From a virus (lineage: Duplodnaviria; Caudoviricetes), in IMG/VR virus record IMGVR_UViG_3300006169_000036, positions 1 through 59,633 of that record: DNA of 59,633 nucleotides. One strand, 5' to 3'. Every line of letters begins with the position of its first letter. Position 1 is the first letter of the stretch. The notes beneath the pieces are model-generated. The model was not told where the DNA came from and ran no database searches. It saw only the letters and a program-made list of their open reading frames with translations. The translations under genes were made by a program, and so were the position numbers. This document shows positions 1-9,530 of the stretch, in pieces.

Positions 1-87
1 CTGCCCTGCCTGCCCTGCCTGCCCTGCCTGCCCTGCCTGCCCTGCCTGCCCTGCCTGCCCTGCCTGCCCTGCCTGCCCTGCCTGCCC
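1..87. repeat. Tandem repeat (CTGCCCTGC)n, 9 full units plus 6 bp
   Basis: Read directly from the sequence. Confidence 0.98.
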
Positions 88-131
88 CTCACCCCTCGCA
101 TGCGAGGCACGCCCCTCACCCCTCGCATGCG
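84..131. repeat. 21-bp direct repeat GCCCCTCACCCCTCGCATGCG (84-104, 111-131)
   Basis: Exact copies; the first overlaps the palindrome CCTCGCATGCGAGG (94-107). Confidence 0.9.
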
Positions 132-198
132 CTGCCCGCACCGCTAAAGCTTGCACCATGCAACCGCCGGCGGCCCGAAAGCTGTAAGGCGCAGCTTT

Positions 199-223
199 CC
201 TCGCCTCGCCTCGCCTCGCCTCG
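199..223. repeat. (CCTCG)5 tandem repeat
   Basis: Read directly; preceded by hairpin GAAAGCTG-N7-CAGCTTTC (177-199). Confidence 0.9.
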
Positions 224-493
224 CCTGCCCCGGGGAGGGGCACCCCTTGCCTCGCGCGGAGCGCGACCGGGGGGCATAGCACCAGAACGTCGTTACGGGA
301 TCCTGCATCCGGGGACTCGAGGCGTAACACGCCCCGCGGAGCCCCCCAGAGGCCGTGGTGAGGGGCCCCGCGGGTGGGGCCAACCACAGGGCTAGAGCGA
401 TCAGGACCGCAGGGGATTTCGGGCCCGCGAGGAGTAGTGAGGAGTCACTAGGCACTCCTCGGGCGTCCCGCTTAGCTCGGGATAGCGGGGCGC

Positions 494-686
494 GCTAGAG
501 GGAGAGCGATCAGCGATGCAAACTCGCTCTCCACCCGTATACGTGGCAAACCCTGCTTCGATCTGTCCGATACGTACGCGTATACGCGTGTATCACGCGG
601 GCCGCGAGGCCCAAAAAAGAAGCCCTGGTGTGTCTGTTGAACCGGGTGGAGAGCAAGTTTGCTACGCTGATCGCTCTCGCTCTAGC
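494..686. repeat. 44-bp inverted repeat (494-537 / 643-686, 40/44 identical) with 105-bp spacer
   Basis: Manual reverse-complement comparison. Confidence 0.92.
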
Positions 687-697
687 AAGGAGGCTCC

Positions 698-1237
698 ATG
701 CCCAACACAGCGACCGGTCGCATCCTTCGATGCCACAACTGCGGCAACCGCGTAACCGCTGCCGGCAGGGACGGTCCCGGCGGGCTCCGGTACTGCAGGA
801 AGCGCGAGTGCCAGAGGGCTCGCCAGCAGGCGAAGCGGGCTCCCGTCGAGATGGAGACCCGCCCCTGCTCGTCCTGCGGGCGCGCGATGCCCAGCAGGCC
901 GAAGCGGGTCAGCGACCTGCCCGATGGCCGCTGGTGTCGCGACACCCGATGCCAGGCCGCTCGAGCGGAGTACCTCGAGCGACTCGAGGCTCGCCGCGCC
1001 GCCGAGCTCCGGTTCGAGAATGGCCTGAAGGTCGAAGCGTTCCAGCGGGCCGCCGCGGCACCCAGGGTGACCTGCACGCGCTGTGGCCGAACGGACGTCG
1101 TGCGCTCCTACATGCACCCGACCCCCGACATGACCAGCGCCTGCTCCGGCGAAAAGGACCACCTCGGTGTCGGCGAGCACTGGCTCATCCCGCCTATCCA
1201 GGACGAGGAGATCCCGGCCTACTGGCCGCCCCAGTGA
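698..1237 (+). CDS. Cys-rich putative zinc-binding protein
   Basis: AAGGAGG RBS; several CxxC and CxxxxC motifs. Confidence 0.75.
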   Translation: MPNTATGRILRCHNCGNRVTAAGRDGPGGLRYCRKRECQRARQQAKRAPVEMETRPCSSCGRAMPSRPKRVSDLPDGRWCRDTRCQAARAEYLERLEARRAAELRFENGLKVEAFQRAAAAPRVTCTRCGRTDVVRSYMHPTPDMTSACSGEKDHLGVGEHWLIPPIQDEEIPAYWPPQ

Positions 1238-1243
1238 TACGCT

Positions 1244-1274
1244 GGGGGGACCCGGCCCGTAGGTGGGCCCCCCG
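1244..1274 (+). terminator. GC-rich hairpin after gene 1
   Basis: GGGGG...CCCCC stem in the intergenic gap; no U-tract. Confidence 0.4.
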
Positions 1275-1291
1275 GCGCCGCAGGAGGCATC

Positions 1292-1735
1292 GTGACGGTC
1301 GTGATCCTGGCCAGCAACTACACCGACGCCATGCGGTATGCCGCCGAGCAGGGATGGAGGCCGGGCGACGTCCGGGCCTCGGTCTCCGCGAAGTCGCTGG
1401 AGGGTGTGCTTCCCACCCGGATCATCGAGCTCCCCTCGTACGCCGGGCGGCCCGACCGCCATGCCATCGAGGCCGTCCTGCGCTGGGCCGTCGACAAGGT
1501 CGAGCGCTGGGGACACACCGTCGAGCGTGAGCGGGTCGACTGGGCCTACACCCCGCCCGCCCTGCCGGAGGACATCCCCGTCGACCAACTCCCGCTGGTC
1601 ACCCTCAACGAGGACATCTGGGAGATCCACGACGCCCCCGAGCCGAAGCCGCAGCCGCGGAAGCGCCCGGAGCCGAAGCCGAACCGCGCCCACAAGGCGC
1701 CGAAGCCGTCCTCGTTCTTCCAGGGGGTGAACTGA
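1292..1735 (+). CDS. Hypothetical protein
   Basis: AGGAGG RBS; stop overlaps the next start. Confidence 0.75.
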   Translation: MTVVILASNYTDAMRYAAEQGWRPGDVRASVSAKSLEGVLPTRIIELPSYAGRPDRHAIEAVLRWAVDKVERWGHTVERERVDWAYTPPALPEDIPVDQLPLVTLNEDIWEIHDAPEPKPQPRKRPEPKPNRAHKAPKPSSFFQGVN

Positions 1736-2217
1736 TGCCCGGCCCGCCCCGCAAGCGCGACGCTGAGAGGCGCCGCAAGAACGAGTACAACACCATCACG
1801 GTGGACTTCGGCCAGGTGGCTGGGACCGTCGTGGAGGTCCCGGCACCCGACGAGGGCTGGCACCAGGTCGCCTATGACTGGTACCTGAGCCTCACGAAGT
1901 CCCTGCAGTCCCGGTTCTTCGAGCCCTCCGACTGGGCCCTGGCCGCGGTGCTCGCCGACCAGTTGAGCCTCGAGCTCAAGCCCCGCAAGGTCCAGATCGG
2001 CACCGACGGGAACGGGGACCCGGTCTTCGCGACCCAGCGTGTCCCGATGCCGGGGTCGAAGATGGCCGCCATCCTGAAGGGCATGACCTCCCTGCTGGTG
2101 TCCGAGGGCGACCGGCGTCGCCTGTCCATCGAGACTCAGCGCAACGAACCGGCCGAGGACGGCGAGGATGCCTCGGTCACCAACATCACGAAGAACCGGA
2201 GGGACCTGCTCCGATGA
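1735..2217 (+). CDS. Terminase small subunit
   Basis: PGP start, W..WY.SL..S.Q...FEPSDW and DRRRL motifs typical of actinophage TerS; upstream of TerL. Confidence 0.8.
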   Translation: MPGPPRKRDAERRRKNEYNTITVDFGQVAGTVVEVPAPDEGWHQVAYDWYLSLTKSLQSRFFEPSDWALAAVLADQLSLELKPRKVQIGTDGNGDPVFATQRVPMPGSKMAAILKGMTSLLVSEGDRRRLSIETQRNEPAEDGEDASVTNITKNRRDLLR

Positions 2218-2411
2218 GCACCCACTTCGACAGCGCCCGCAGTGGCGAGGACGAACGCGAGATCGACACGGCCTGCGGGTACCCTGCCGGCAGCTTTGCC
2301 TGCAAGATCCGGCATCTGCAGATCAACACCGGCGACGCGAAGGCCGCCGCCGACCTGAACGACCCGGCAGCGCTACCCTCGCGTACGGCGAGGGGGATCG
2401 AGAGGCTCTGA
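2214..2411 (+). CDS. Small hypothetical protein (C-x-P-x-G-x-FACK motif)
   Basis: ATGA overlap with the upstream gene; codon usage fits. Confidence 0.65.
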   Translation: MSTHFDSARSGEDEREIDTACGYPAGSFACKIRHLQINTGDAKAAADLNDPAALPSRTARGIERL

Positions 2412-2611
2412 TGCCCGAAGAGCCGGAGGGCCAGCAGACCGAGACGGTCACGGTCATCGAGAAGGTCGAGATCCTGCTGATCCTCGATACCGACGGCGAC
2501 CAGGCGATCACGGTGGACAACACCGGCACGAACGTCGTCACCGCCCTGGGGATGTGCGAGTTCGCGAAGACGCTCCTGCTCGAGCGGATGACGAGGAACG
2601 CGGAGGAGTAG
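2411..2611 (+). CDS. Small hypothetical protein
   Basis: TGATG coupling; 3' part of track ORF 2168..2611. Confidence 0.65.
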   Translation: MPEEPEGQQTETVTVIEKVEILLILDTDGDQAITVDNTGTNVVTALGMCEFAKTLLLERMTRNAEE

Positions 2612-2612
2612 C

Positions 2613-4511
2613 ATGACGGCCCTGCTTGACCTGCAGGCCGAGCCGGGCGTCTATCGCACCGAGACCGGATGGCGGGTCGTCCCCGTCTACATCGGCCCCA
2701 CCTGGAAGCGCAACCCGGACTGGGACGGTGAGGACCCGCTCGAGGAGTTCATCCTCCCCCAGTACACCCTGGGCTGGCAGATTCTGGACTGGGTCCGCAG
2801 CAACCTTCTCGACGACGAGGGCAACCCGTTCCGCCCGACGCGCGAGCAGGCGCGGCTCATCCTCTGGTGGTATGCGCTCGATGAGCGCGGCCGGTTCGCC
2901 TACCGCGAGGGTGTCATCCAGCGCCTCAAGGGCTGGGGCAAGGACCCCATCGCCGCTGTCCTGTGTGCCGTCGAGTTCGTCGGCCCCTGCCGGTTCGCCG
3001 GATGGACGACCGTCGACCGGCCCGACCTCGGCCTCACCCGCGGCGACCCCGTCGGCACCTCCAACCCGCGCGCCTGGATCCAGATCGCCGCCGTGTCCAA
3101 GGACCAGACCGTCAACACGATGGCGATCTTCCCGTCCCTCTTCAGCGACCAGTGCAAGACCGAGCATGGCATCGACCTCGGCAAGGAGATCATCTACGCC
3201 TACCACGGTGCCCGGCGCATCCAGGCCGTCACCTCCAGCCCCCGCGCACTCGAGGGCGGGCGCCCCACCTTCGTCATCAAGAACGAGACCCATCACTGGC
3301 TGCAGAACAACGAGGGCCACGCGATGGCCGCAGTCATCGAGCGCAACGCGACGAAGTCGAAGGGCGGCGCCGCGCGGGTGCTGTCCATCACCAACGCCTA
3401 CGAGCCGTCCGAGGACTCGGTCGCCCAGATGGAGCGCGAGGCCTACGAGGACGAGGCCGCCGGGCTGTCCATCGACACCGGGGTGTTCTATGACTCCGTC
3501 GAGGCCCCCTCCGATGCCAAGCTCCGGCCACCGAAGGAACGCAAGGAGGACCCCGACCCCACCGACGACGAGATCAAGGCCTACCTGGCCGCCATCGTCG
3601 CCGCCGTCCGCGGGGACTCCGAATGGCTCGACGTCGAACGCATCGTCCTGTCGATCCTGGACCGCAAGAACCCACCCAGCCGGTCCCGCCGGTTCTACTT
3701 CAACCAAGTGGTGGCCGCCGAGGATGCCTGGGTCGACCCGGCCGCTGTCGATGCCGCCGTCGACATCCTGGCCCGCGACTACCGGCAGCAGATCGGCGCC
3801 GACCCGCTGCGCGCCGGATGGGAGGTCGTCCACCCCAACGAGGAGGTCGTGGCGTTCTTCGACGGCTCCAAGAGCGACGACGCCACCGCCATCGTCGGCT
3901 GCCGCGTCTCCGACGGGTACCTGTTCACCATCGGCGTGTGGCAGAAGCCCAAGGGCAAGCGCGGCGAGAACTGGCTCGTCGACCGCTGGGACGTCGACCG
4001 CCGCGTCGTCGAGATGTTCGAGCGGTTCAACGTCGTCGGCTTCTGGGCCGACCCCTCCCATGCCCTCGACGACATCGACTCCAGCCGCTACTGGGATGGC
4101 CTGGTCGACGAGTGGATGCGCCGCTACAAGGACCGCCTCCAGGTGTGGCCGATCAAGTCCGGCCTCCGGTCCCATGCCGTCATGTTCGACATGACCAGCG
4201 CCGAGCGCCAGAAGCTCTTCGTGGGAGCCGCGGAGACGTTCGTCGAGGAGATGGAAACCCGCGACGATGTAGAGGAATATGCCCCCCAGTTCACCCATGA
4301 CGGCCACCCGGCCCTCATGCAGCACCTGAAGAACGCCCGCCGGTACCCGATGCAGTTCGGGGTGTCCCTGATGAAGGACAACCGGGAGTCCGACCACAAG
4401 ATCGACCTGGCGGTCGCCGCCGTCGGGGCCCGCCTGGTCCGCCGGATGCTGCTGAACCAGGGCATAGAGGAGCCCGAGAAGAAGGGCGGACGCGTGTGGG
4501 GCGCCTGGTAG
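2613..4511 (+). CDS. terL: Terminase large subunit
   Basis: Walker A-like RLKGWGKD, Walker B region FVIKNETHHW, nuclease motifs FDGSKSDD and KIDLAVA. Confidence 0.95.
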   Translation: MTALLDLQAEPGVYRTETGWRVVPVYIGPTWKRNPDWDGEDPLEEFILPQYTLGWQILDWVRSNLLDDEGNPFRPTREQARLILWWYALDERGRFAYREGVIQRLKGWGKDPIAAVLCAVEFVGPCRFAGWTTVDRPDLGLTRGDPVGTSNPRAWIQIAAVSKDQTVNTMAIFPSLFSDQCKTEHGIDLGKEIIYAYHGARRIQAVTSSPRALEGGRPTFVIKNETHHWLQNNEGHAMAAVIERNATKSKGGAARVLSITNAYEPSEDSVAQMEREAYEDEAAGLSIDTGVFYDSVEAPSDAKLRPPKERKEDPDPTDDEIKAYLAAIVAAVRGDSEWLDVERIVLSILDRKNPPSRSRRFYFNQVVAAEDAWVDPAAVDAAVDILARDYRQQIGADPLRAGWEVVHPNEEVVAFFDGSKSDDATAIVGCRVSDGYLFTIGVWQKPKGKRGENWLVDRWDVDRRVVEMFERFNVVGFWADPSHALDDIDSSRYWDGLVDEWMRRYKDRLQVWPIKSGLRSHAVMFDMTSAERQKLFVGAAETFVEEMETRDDVEEYAPQFTHDGHPALMQHLKNARRYPMQFGVSLMKDNRESDHKIDLAVAAVGARLVRRMLLNQGIEEPEKKGGRVWGAW

Positions 4512-4557
4512 GTGCTAACCTGGGCGCAACCTGTATCTGCCCACGGGAGGCTCGAGC

Positions 4558-6045
4558 ATGCCTAGAGTGACCAAGCCGGGCGTGGTCCTGTCCCAGGCGC
4601 GCTCGAACTTCAGGGAGTTCCTCGCCTCCCGCAACAAGGCGATCCTCCTGGACCGCTGGGTCACCGGCAGGCAGCAGTCCATCGAGCCCCAGGGCCTCCC
4701 CCTCGGCGAGCGGGAGTTCTCCGGCCGCCCCTACTCGCCGCGCGAGACCACCGCTGAGTACGACGACCTCGGTGGCCGCTCCGAGACCCCCTGGGCCGGG
4801 CTGGTGGTCAAGTCCGTCGCCCAGACGGCCTATGTCGACGGCTTCAGCATCCCCGGACTCCCCGTCGGCGAGCAGCCGAAGGTGTGGGACCTGTGGCAGC
4901 GCAACGGGATGGACGCCAAGCAGATCGCCCGGAACCGGGCCGCCATCGGCCATGGCGCCGCCTTCACCTTCGCTCTGCCGGCGAAGGACCCCGTCACCGG
5001 CGAGAAGACCGTCCTGTTCCGCATCGCCTCCCTCAAGCGGATGGCCGCCTTCTACGACGACGATGACCTCGGCGACGAGTGGCCAGCCTTCGCGATCCTC
5101 GCCGACTCGGTTCAGGGCCCCCTGGGCAACCACGACCACTGGCAGGTCAAGTTCTTCGACCCCACCGCGGTCCACTACCTGTCCTGCAAGAACATGGGGG
5201 ACGAGCCTAACGACTGGACCTACATCTCCTACGACGAGCATCCCGCCGGGGTCACCCCCGTCGTGCAGTACGCCAACAGCCTGGACGCCGATGGCAAGAC
5301 CCTCGGCGAGATCGAGCCCCTCATCCCGCTGCTGCGGCGCGTCGACCAGACGACGTTCGACCGCCTCATCGTGCAGCGCTTCGGGGCCTGGAAGATCCGC
5401 TACATCGCGGGCATGGCCAAGCCCGACACCGACACCGAGGCCCGCGCGGCGGCCCTGAAGCTCCGCATCGAAGACCTGCTGATCTCCGAGGACCCGTCCA
5501 CGAAGTTCGGCACCCTCGATGCCACTGAGCTCAAGCAGTTCATCGAGTCCGGCGACGTCGACCTGCGGTACCTGTCCGCGGTCGCGCAGATCCCCCCGCA
5601 TCACCTCCTGGGCCTGTCGGCGAACCTGCAGGCCGAGGCACTGGCCGCCGCGGAGGCCGGGCTGCAGCGGAAGTCCTATGACTTCAAGATCCTCACCGGC
5701 GAGTCCGACGAGAAGCTCATGCGCCTCGGCGCGGCCATGATGGGCTGGGCAGAGGAGGCCCGCGCCTGGGGCATGAAGACCCGCTGGAAGGACACCGAGA
5801 GCCGGTCCCTGGTGCAGACCGCGAATGCGCTGGGCATCATCTCCACCGCCCTCAAGGTGCCCGTCGAGATGCTGTGGGAGAAGATCCCCGGATGGTCCGA
5901 CGAGGACACAAACCGGGCGAAGTCCCTCATCGAGTCCGGCCAGGGCATCGACGCCCTCATGGCAGAGCTCGAGCGGATGATGGATGCCCCGCCGCCGGGG
6001 ACCCCGCAGGGCGCGAACGGCCGGGGCGGGTCGGAGGGCCAGTAA
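4558..6045 (+). CDS. Portal protein (SPP1 gp6-like)
   Basis: Position after TerL, size, W.LWQRNGMDA and GEIEPLIP motifs. Confidence 0.9.
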   Translation: MPRVTKPGVVLSQARSNFREFLASRNKAILLDRWVTGRQQSIEPQGLPLGEREFSGRPYSPRETTAEYDDLGGRSETPWAGLVVKSVAQTAYVDGFSIPGLPVGEQPKVWDLWQRNGMDAKQIARNRAAIGHGAAFTFALPAKDPVTGEKTVLFRIASLKRMAAFYDDDDLGDEWPAFAILADSVQGPLGNHDHWQVKFFDPTAVHYLSCKNMGDEPNDWTYISYDEHPAGVTPVVQYANSLDADGKTLGEIEPLIPLLRRVDQTTFDRLIVQRFGAWKIRYIAGMAKPDTDTEARAAALKLRIEDLLISEDPSTKFGTLDATELKQFIESGDVDLRYLSAVAQIPPHHLLGLSANLQAEALAAAEAGLQRKSYDFKILTGESDEKLMRLGAAMMGWAEEARAWGMKTRWKDTESRSLVQTANALGIISTALKVPVEMLWEKIPGWSDEDTNRAKSLIESGQGIDALMAELERMMDAPPPGTPQGANGRGGSEGQ

Positions 6046-6869
6046 TGGCCGTCACCGTCCAGGGGGCCGCGCTGACCGAGCAGCACCGGCAACTGCAGGC
6101 CGCGCGGGCCGCTGCCCTGTACATGCTGGTGTACCAGCACTGGCAGCGGATCTTCGACCCAGGCAACCCGGTCCAGACCGCCGAGCAGTGGGTCGCCCGC
6201 GTCCTGCCCCTCATCGTCGCCGCGAACGGCCGGTCAGCCGCCCTCTCCAGGGCATACCTGTCGACCTTCCGCACCCTGGAACTGGGCCGCCTGGAGCCGT
6301 TCACCCCGGCCCCGATCAAGCTCATCCCCGAGGAGCAGGTACGCACCAGCCTGTGGGTGACAGGGCCGGTCGCGCTGAACAAGAAGCTCGAGAAGATCTC
6401 CGGCCTCGACATCTCCCCGGCGCTCGAGAAGTCCCTGCTGGCCGACGCGGTCGACGAGGCCGGGCAGCAGGCCGCGGGCGCCGCCCTCAAGCACGCAGTG
6501 GCCGGGAGCCGCGACCAGATCAAGGAGGCCGCGCGCGAGGACCGCACCGCCCTGGGCTGGATGCGCGTCGCGAAGCCCGATGCCTGCTACTTCTGCCAGA
6601 TGCTGGTGTCCCGGGGGCCGGTGTACGACAAGGAGTCGTTCGCGGACAGCAACTCGTTCTTCACCGGCGAGGGCGTGTCGAAGGCCCACGACAACTGCGC
6701 CTGCACCCTGCAGCCGGTGTACTCCCGCAAGGACAAGGGCAACGACCAGACCCAGGCCATGTCCGATTTGTGGGCGACCTCGACGGCTGGGAAGTCCGGC
6801 AAGGAGGCCATCTTGGCCTTCCGCAGGGCATACGAGGGCCGCGCTGCTACCCTTGAGGCCAGCGAGTAG
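6045..6869 (+). CDS. MuF-like minor head / capsid maturation protein
   Basis: After portal; CYFC..L.SRG.VY and HDNCAC motifs; start placed at ATG 6045. Confidence 0.8.
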   Translation: MAVTVQGAALTEQHRQLQAARAAALYMLVYQHWQRIFDPGNPVQTAEQWVARVLPLIVAANGRSAALSRAYLSTFRTLELGRLEPFTPAPIKLIPEEQVRTSLWVTGPVALNKKLEKISGLDISPALEKSLLADAVDEAGQQAAGAALKHAVAGSRDQIKEAAREDRTALGWMRVAKPDACYFCQMLVSRGPVYDKESFADSNSFFTGEGVSKAHDNCACTLQPVYSRKDKGNDQTQAMSDLWATSTAGKSGKEAILAFRRAYEGRAATLEASE

Positions 6870-6890
6870 CCCCGATCCCCTGGAGCCGTC

Positions 6891-7295
6891 ATGGCGAACG
6901 CCCTCTACGCGAAGTTCAAGCAGGCCCTCCTGAGCGGCGCCGTCAACCTGACGACCGCGGACATCCGGGTCGCCGTGGTCGACGCGGCCGACTACGTCGT
7001 GGACACCGTGAACCACGAGTTCATGTCCAGCGTGCCCGTGGCTGCCCGGGTGGCCACCTCCGCGGCCGGGCTGGCCTCGAAGACCGTGACCAACGGGACC
7101 TTCGATGCCGCGGACCTCACCATCTCCGGTGTCACCGGTGACCCGTCGGAGGCGCTGGTCCTGTTCGTCAACACCGGCTCCGACGCGACCGCGCGGCTCA
7201 TCGCCTACATCGACACCGGTTCCGGCCTGCCGTTCACGCCCAACGGGGGCGACGCGACGATCACTTGGAACGCATCCGGCATTTTCTCCCTTTAG
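6891..7295 (+). CDS. Small virion structural protein (putative fibre base or decoration)
   Basis: Beta-rich, ends LPFTPNGGDATITW..SGIFSL; precedes the repeat protein. Confidence 0.65.
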   Translation: MANALYAKFKQALLSGAVNLTTADIRVAVVDAADYVVDTVNHEFMSSVPVAARVATSAAGLASKTVTNGTFDAADLTISGVTGDPSEALVLFVNTGSDATARLIAYIDTGSGLPFTPNGGDATITWNASGIFSL

Positions 7296-7339
7296 TCCGT
7301 TTTGGCCTATAGGGGCGCGCTGACGGGAGGTGATGCCTG

Positions 7340-9217
7340 ATGGCCCTCTCGCATGTCGGCAGCACCACCTGGGTCGCCGGCACGGGCGCAGTCCAGCCGA
7401 CCTTGCCCGCGGGCACCACCGTCGGCGACCTCGTTGTCATCACGGTCCACTCGAAGTACGAGGACGCCATCGTCGTCACGGACCCGGCGAACGCGGGCTG
7501 GACCGACCTTGCCTCGATCTCGAACGCGGCCCGTGCGACTGGCAACGACAACGGTGCCACCAGGTCACGGTCCTGGTACAAGGTCTGGCAGGCCGGGGAC
7601 ACCTTGCCAACGCTCGACCCAACTCCGAACAACGTCTCGGCCGCGAAGGCCACCACCTGGCGCTCCGCGACGGGCGCCTACTCGGTGGCCGGGGTCGGCA
7701 AGGCTGACGACGCCACTGGCTCGCCGCTGCTGTTCGTGAGCAACCCCGCCGAGCTTGGCACCCCCACCGCCGGCGACATCGTCGCTATCGACCTCGTCGT
7801 CAACGGCGACGTCGTGACCTTCGGCACGCTGACCTGGGCCGCTCCCGCGGGAACCACCATGGGTGCCGCGACCAACGCGGTCGCCGACGGATCAACGATC
7901 TCTGGCACCGACCTCCGGTACCGGTCCCAGTACCGGACGGTGACCACCGGCCCCCAGACCGGCAACATGACCTACTCGCTGGCCCTGGCTGGCACCACCA
8001 CCAACGCTGTCGGCACGGGCATCCTCTACCGGGTCCGCGAGGCCACCGCCGCGACCAACATCGCCCCCGCCGCCATCGCGAGCACGGCCAGCGTACCGTC
8101 GCCAACAGTCGCGGCCGGGCCGGTCACCTTGGCCCCGGCTGCTATCACGAGCACGGCGAGCGTGCCCGCGCCGACCGTCGCCCCCGGCCCGGTGACCATC
8201 GTCCCGGCGGCCATCGCCAGCGCCTCGAATGTCCCGCAGCCGACGGTCACCCTGTCGGCCCCGGGCACCGTCATCGCCCCGGCCGCCATCGCGAGCACGG
8301 CGAGCGTGCCGAACCCGGCCGTCACCCCCGGCGCCGCGACCATCGCCCCGGCGGCCATCGCCTCGACGGCCAGCGTGCCGTCGCCGGGCATCGCGAGCGT
8401 CGTCACCATCACCCCGGCAGGCATCGCCTCGACCGCCAGCGTGCCGTCGCCTACGGTCGTGCCCGGTCCCGTCACCGTGGCCCCGGTGGCCATCGCCTCG
8501 ACGGCGACCGTACGCCAGCCGACCGTCGCGCCCGGTCCCGTCACCGTGGCCCCGGCGGCCATCGCCTCGACGGCGACCGTACGCCAGCCGACCGTCACGC
8601 CCGGCCCGGCCACCCTCGCCCCCGCGGCCATCGCATCCACCGCTAGCATTCCCGGCCCCACCGTCACCGCGGCCGGTGGCATCGCTCCGCAGACCGTCCC
8701 GTCGACATCGACCGTCCATGCCCCCACGGTCACCGGGGGGCCAGTCATCATCGCCCCCGCCGCGGTCGCCTCGACGGCTACCGTACGACAGCCGACCGTC
8801 GCGCCCGGTCCCGTCACCGTCGCCCCGGTGGCCATCGCCTCGACGGCGACCGTACGACAGCCGACCCTCGCGCCCGGTCCTGTCGTCGTCGCACCGGTGG
8901 CCATCTCGAGCACCGCCAGCGTCGCCGCCCCGACAGTCGTCCCGGGCGAGGCCATCGTCGCACCCACCGCGATCCCGTCCGGCTCGAGCGTCGCGGCCCC
9001 GACGGTCATCCCCGGCGCGGCCACCATCGCTCCCGCCGCGGTCGCCTCGGCCACCGTCGTCTATGACCCCGCCATCGCCGACTGGGTGCTCGTGATCGAC
9101 GCCAACCGGTACGAGGGCCGCGCCGAGACACGTATCATCGAGGGAGCCGCCGAGGCATCGGCTGTCGTCGGGCGCGCTGAGTCGTCCAACGTCCTTGCTC
9201 GAGCGGAGGTCCCATGA
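7340..9217 (+). CDS. Repeat-rich putative head fibre/filament protein
   Basis: Beta-rich N-terminal domain plus about 15 repeats of ~23 aa (TIAPAAIASTASVPxPTVxPGPV). Confidence 0.75.
   Translation: MALSHVGSTTWVAGTGAVQPTLPAGTTVGDLVVITVHSKYEDAIVVTDPANAGWTDLASISNAARATGNDNGATRSRSWYKVWQAGDTLPTLDPTPNNVSAAKATTWRSATGAYSVAGVGKADDATGSPLLFVSNPAELGTPTAGDIVAIDLVVNGDVVTFGTLTWAAPAGTTMGAATNAVADGSTISGTDLRYRSQYRTVTTGPQTGNMTYSLALAGTTTNAVGTGILYRVREATAATNIAPAAIASTASVPSPTVAAGPVTLAPAAITSTASVPAPTVAPGPVTIVPAAIASASNVPQPTVTLSAPGTVIAPAAIASTASVPNPAVTPGAATIAPAAIASTASVPSPGIASVVTITPAGIASTASVPSPTVVPGPVTVAPVAIASTATVRQPTVAPGPVTVAPAAIASTATVRQPTVTPGPATLAPAAIASTASIPGPTVTAAGGIAPQTVPSTSTVHAPTVTGGPVIIAPAAVASTATVRQPTVAPGPVTVAPVAIASTATVRQPTLAPGPVVVAPVAISSTASVAAPTVVPGEAIVAPTAIPSGSSVAAPTVIPGAATIAPAAVASATVVYDPAIADWVLVIDANRYEGRAETRIIEGAAEASAVVGRAESSNVLARAEVP
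8056..9075 (+). repeat. About 15 degenerate in-frame tandem repeats of ~69 bp
   Basis: Visible in both protein and DNA. Confidence 0.9.
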
Positions 9218-9507
9218 CAGACGCCTTCAAGTTCCCCCGGAACTCCAACCGGTTCATCGCCGCCATCGTCATCCGCGACGAGGCCGAGACCGACCCGGAC
9301 CTGGTGGCCGTCACGAAGGAAGCCTGGCCGCCGCCGTCCGGTGACCCGCTGTGGGTCGCCCCGCAGGCCGGAACCATCCGTGGCGTCGCGCGCGTCGGCG
9401 TCACCACCGGTGGCAGGGATGCCGAGACGAAGTACCATGTCTGGGCTGTCGCCACGGACCCCGACGAGTTCGCACCCGTCTTGGCGGCCACCTTCTTCCT
9501 TGAGTAG
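9214..9507 (+). CDS. Small hypothetical protein in the fibre cassette
   Basis: ATGA overlap; GGAGG RBS. Confidence 0.7.
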   Translation: MTDAFKFPRNSNRFIAAIVIRDEAETDPDLVAVTKEAWPPPSGDPLWVAPQAGTIRGVARVGVTTGGRDAETKYHVWAVATDPDEFAPVLAATFFLE

Positions 9508-9530
9508 CCTGGAACGAGGAGGTGGTTCCA

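Noticed and set aside
1-87. Terminal repeat or fibre-gene repeats as a CRISPR array
   Set aside because: No unique spacers and no cas operon; the Cas4-like nuclease is a common solo phage gene.
2613-4511. Intein or intron in terminase or helicase
   Set aside because: Lengths are ordinary and no splice-junction motifs were seen.
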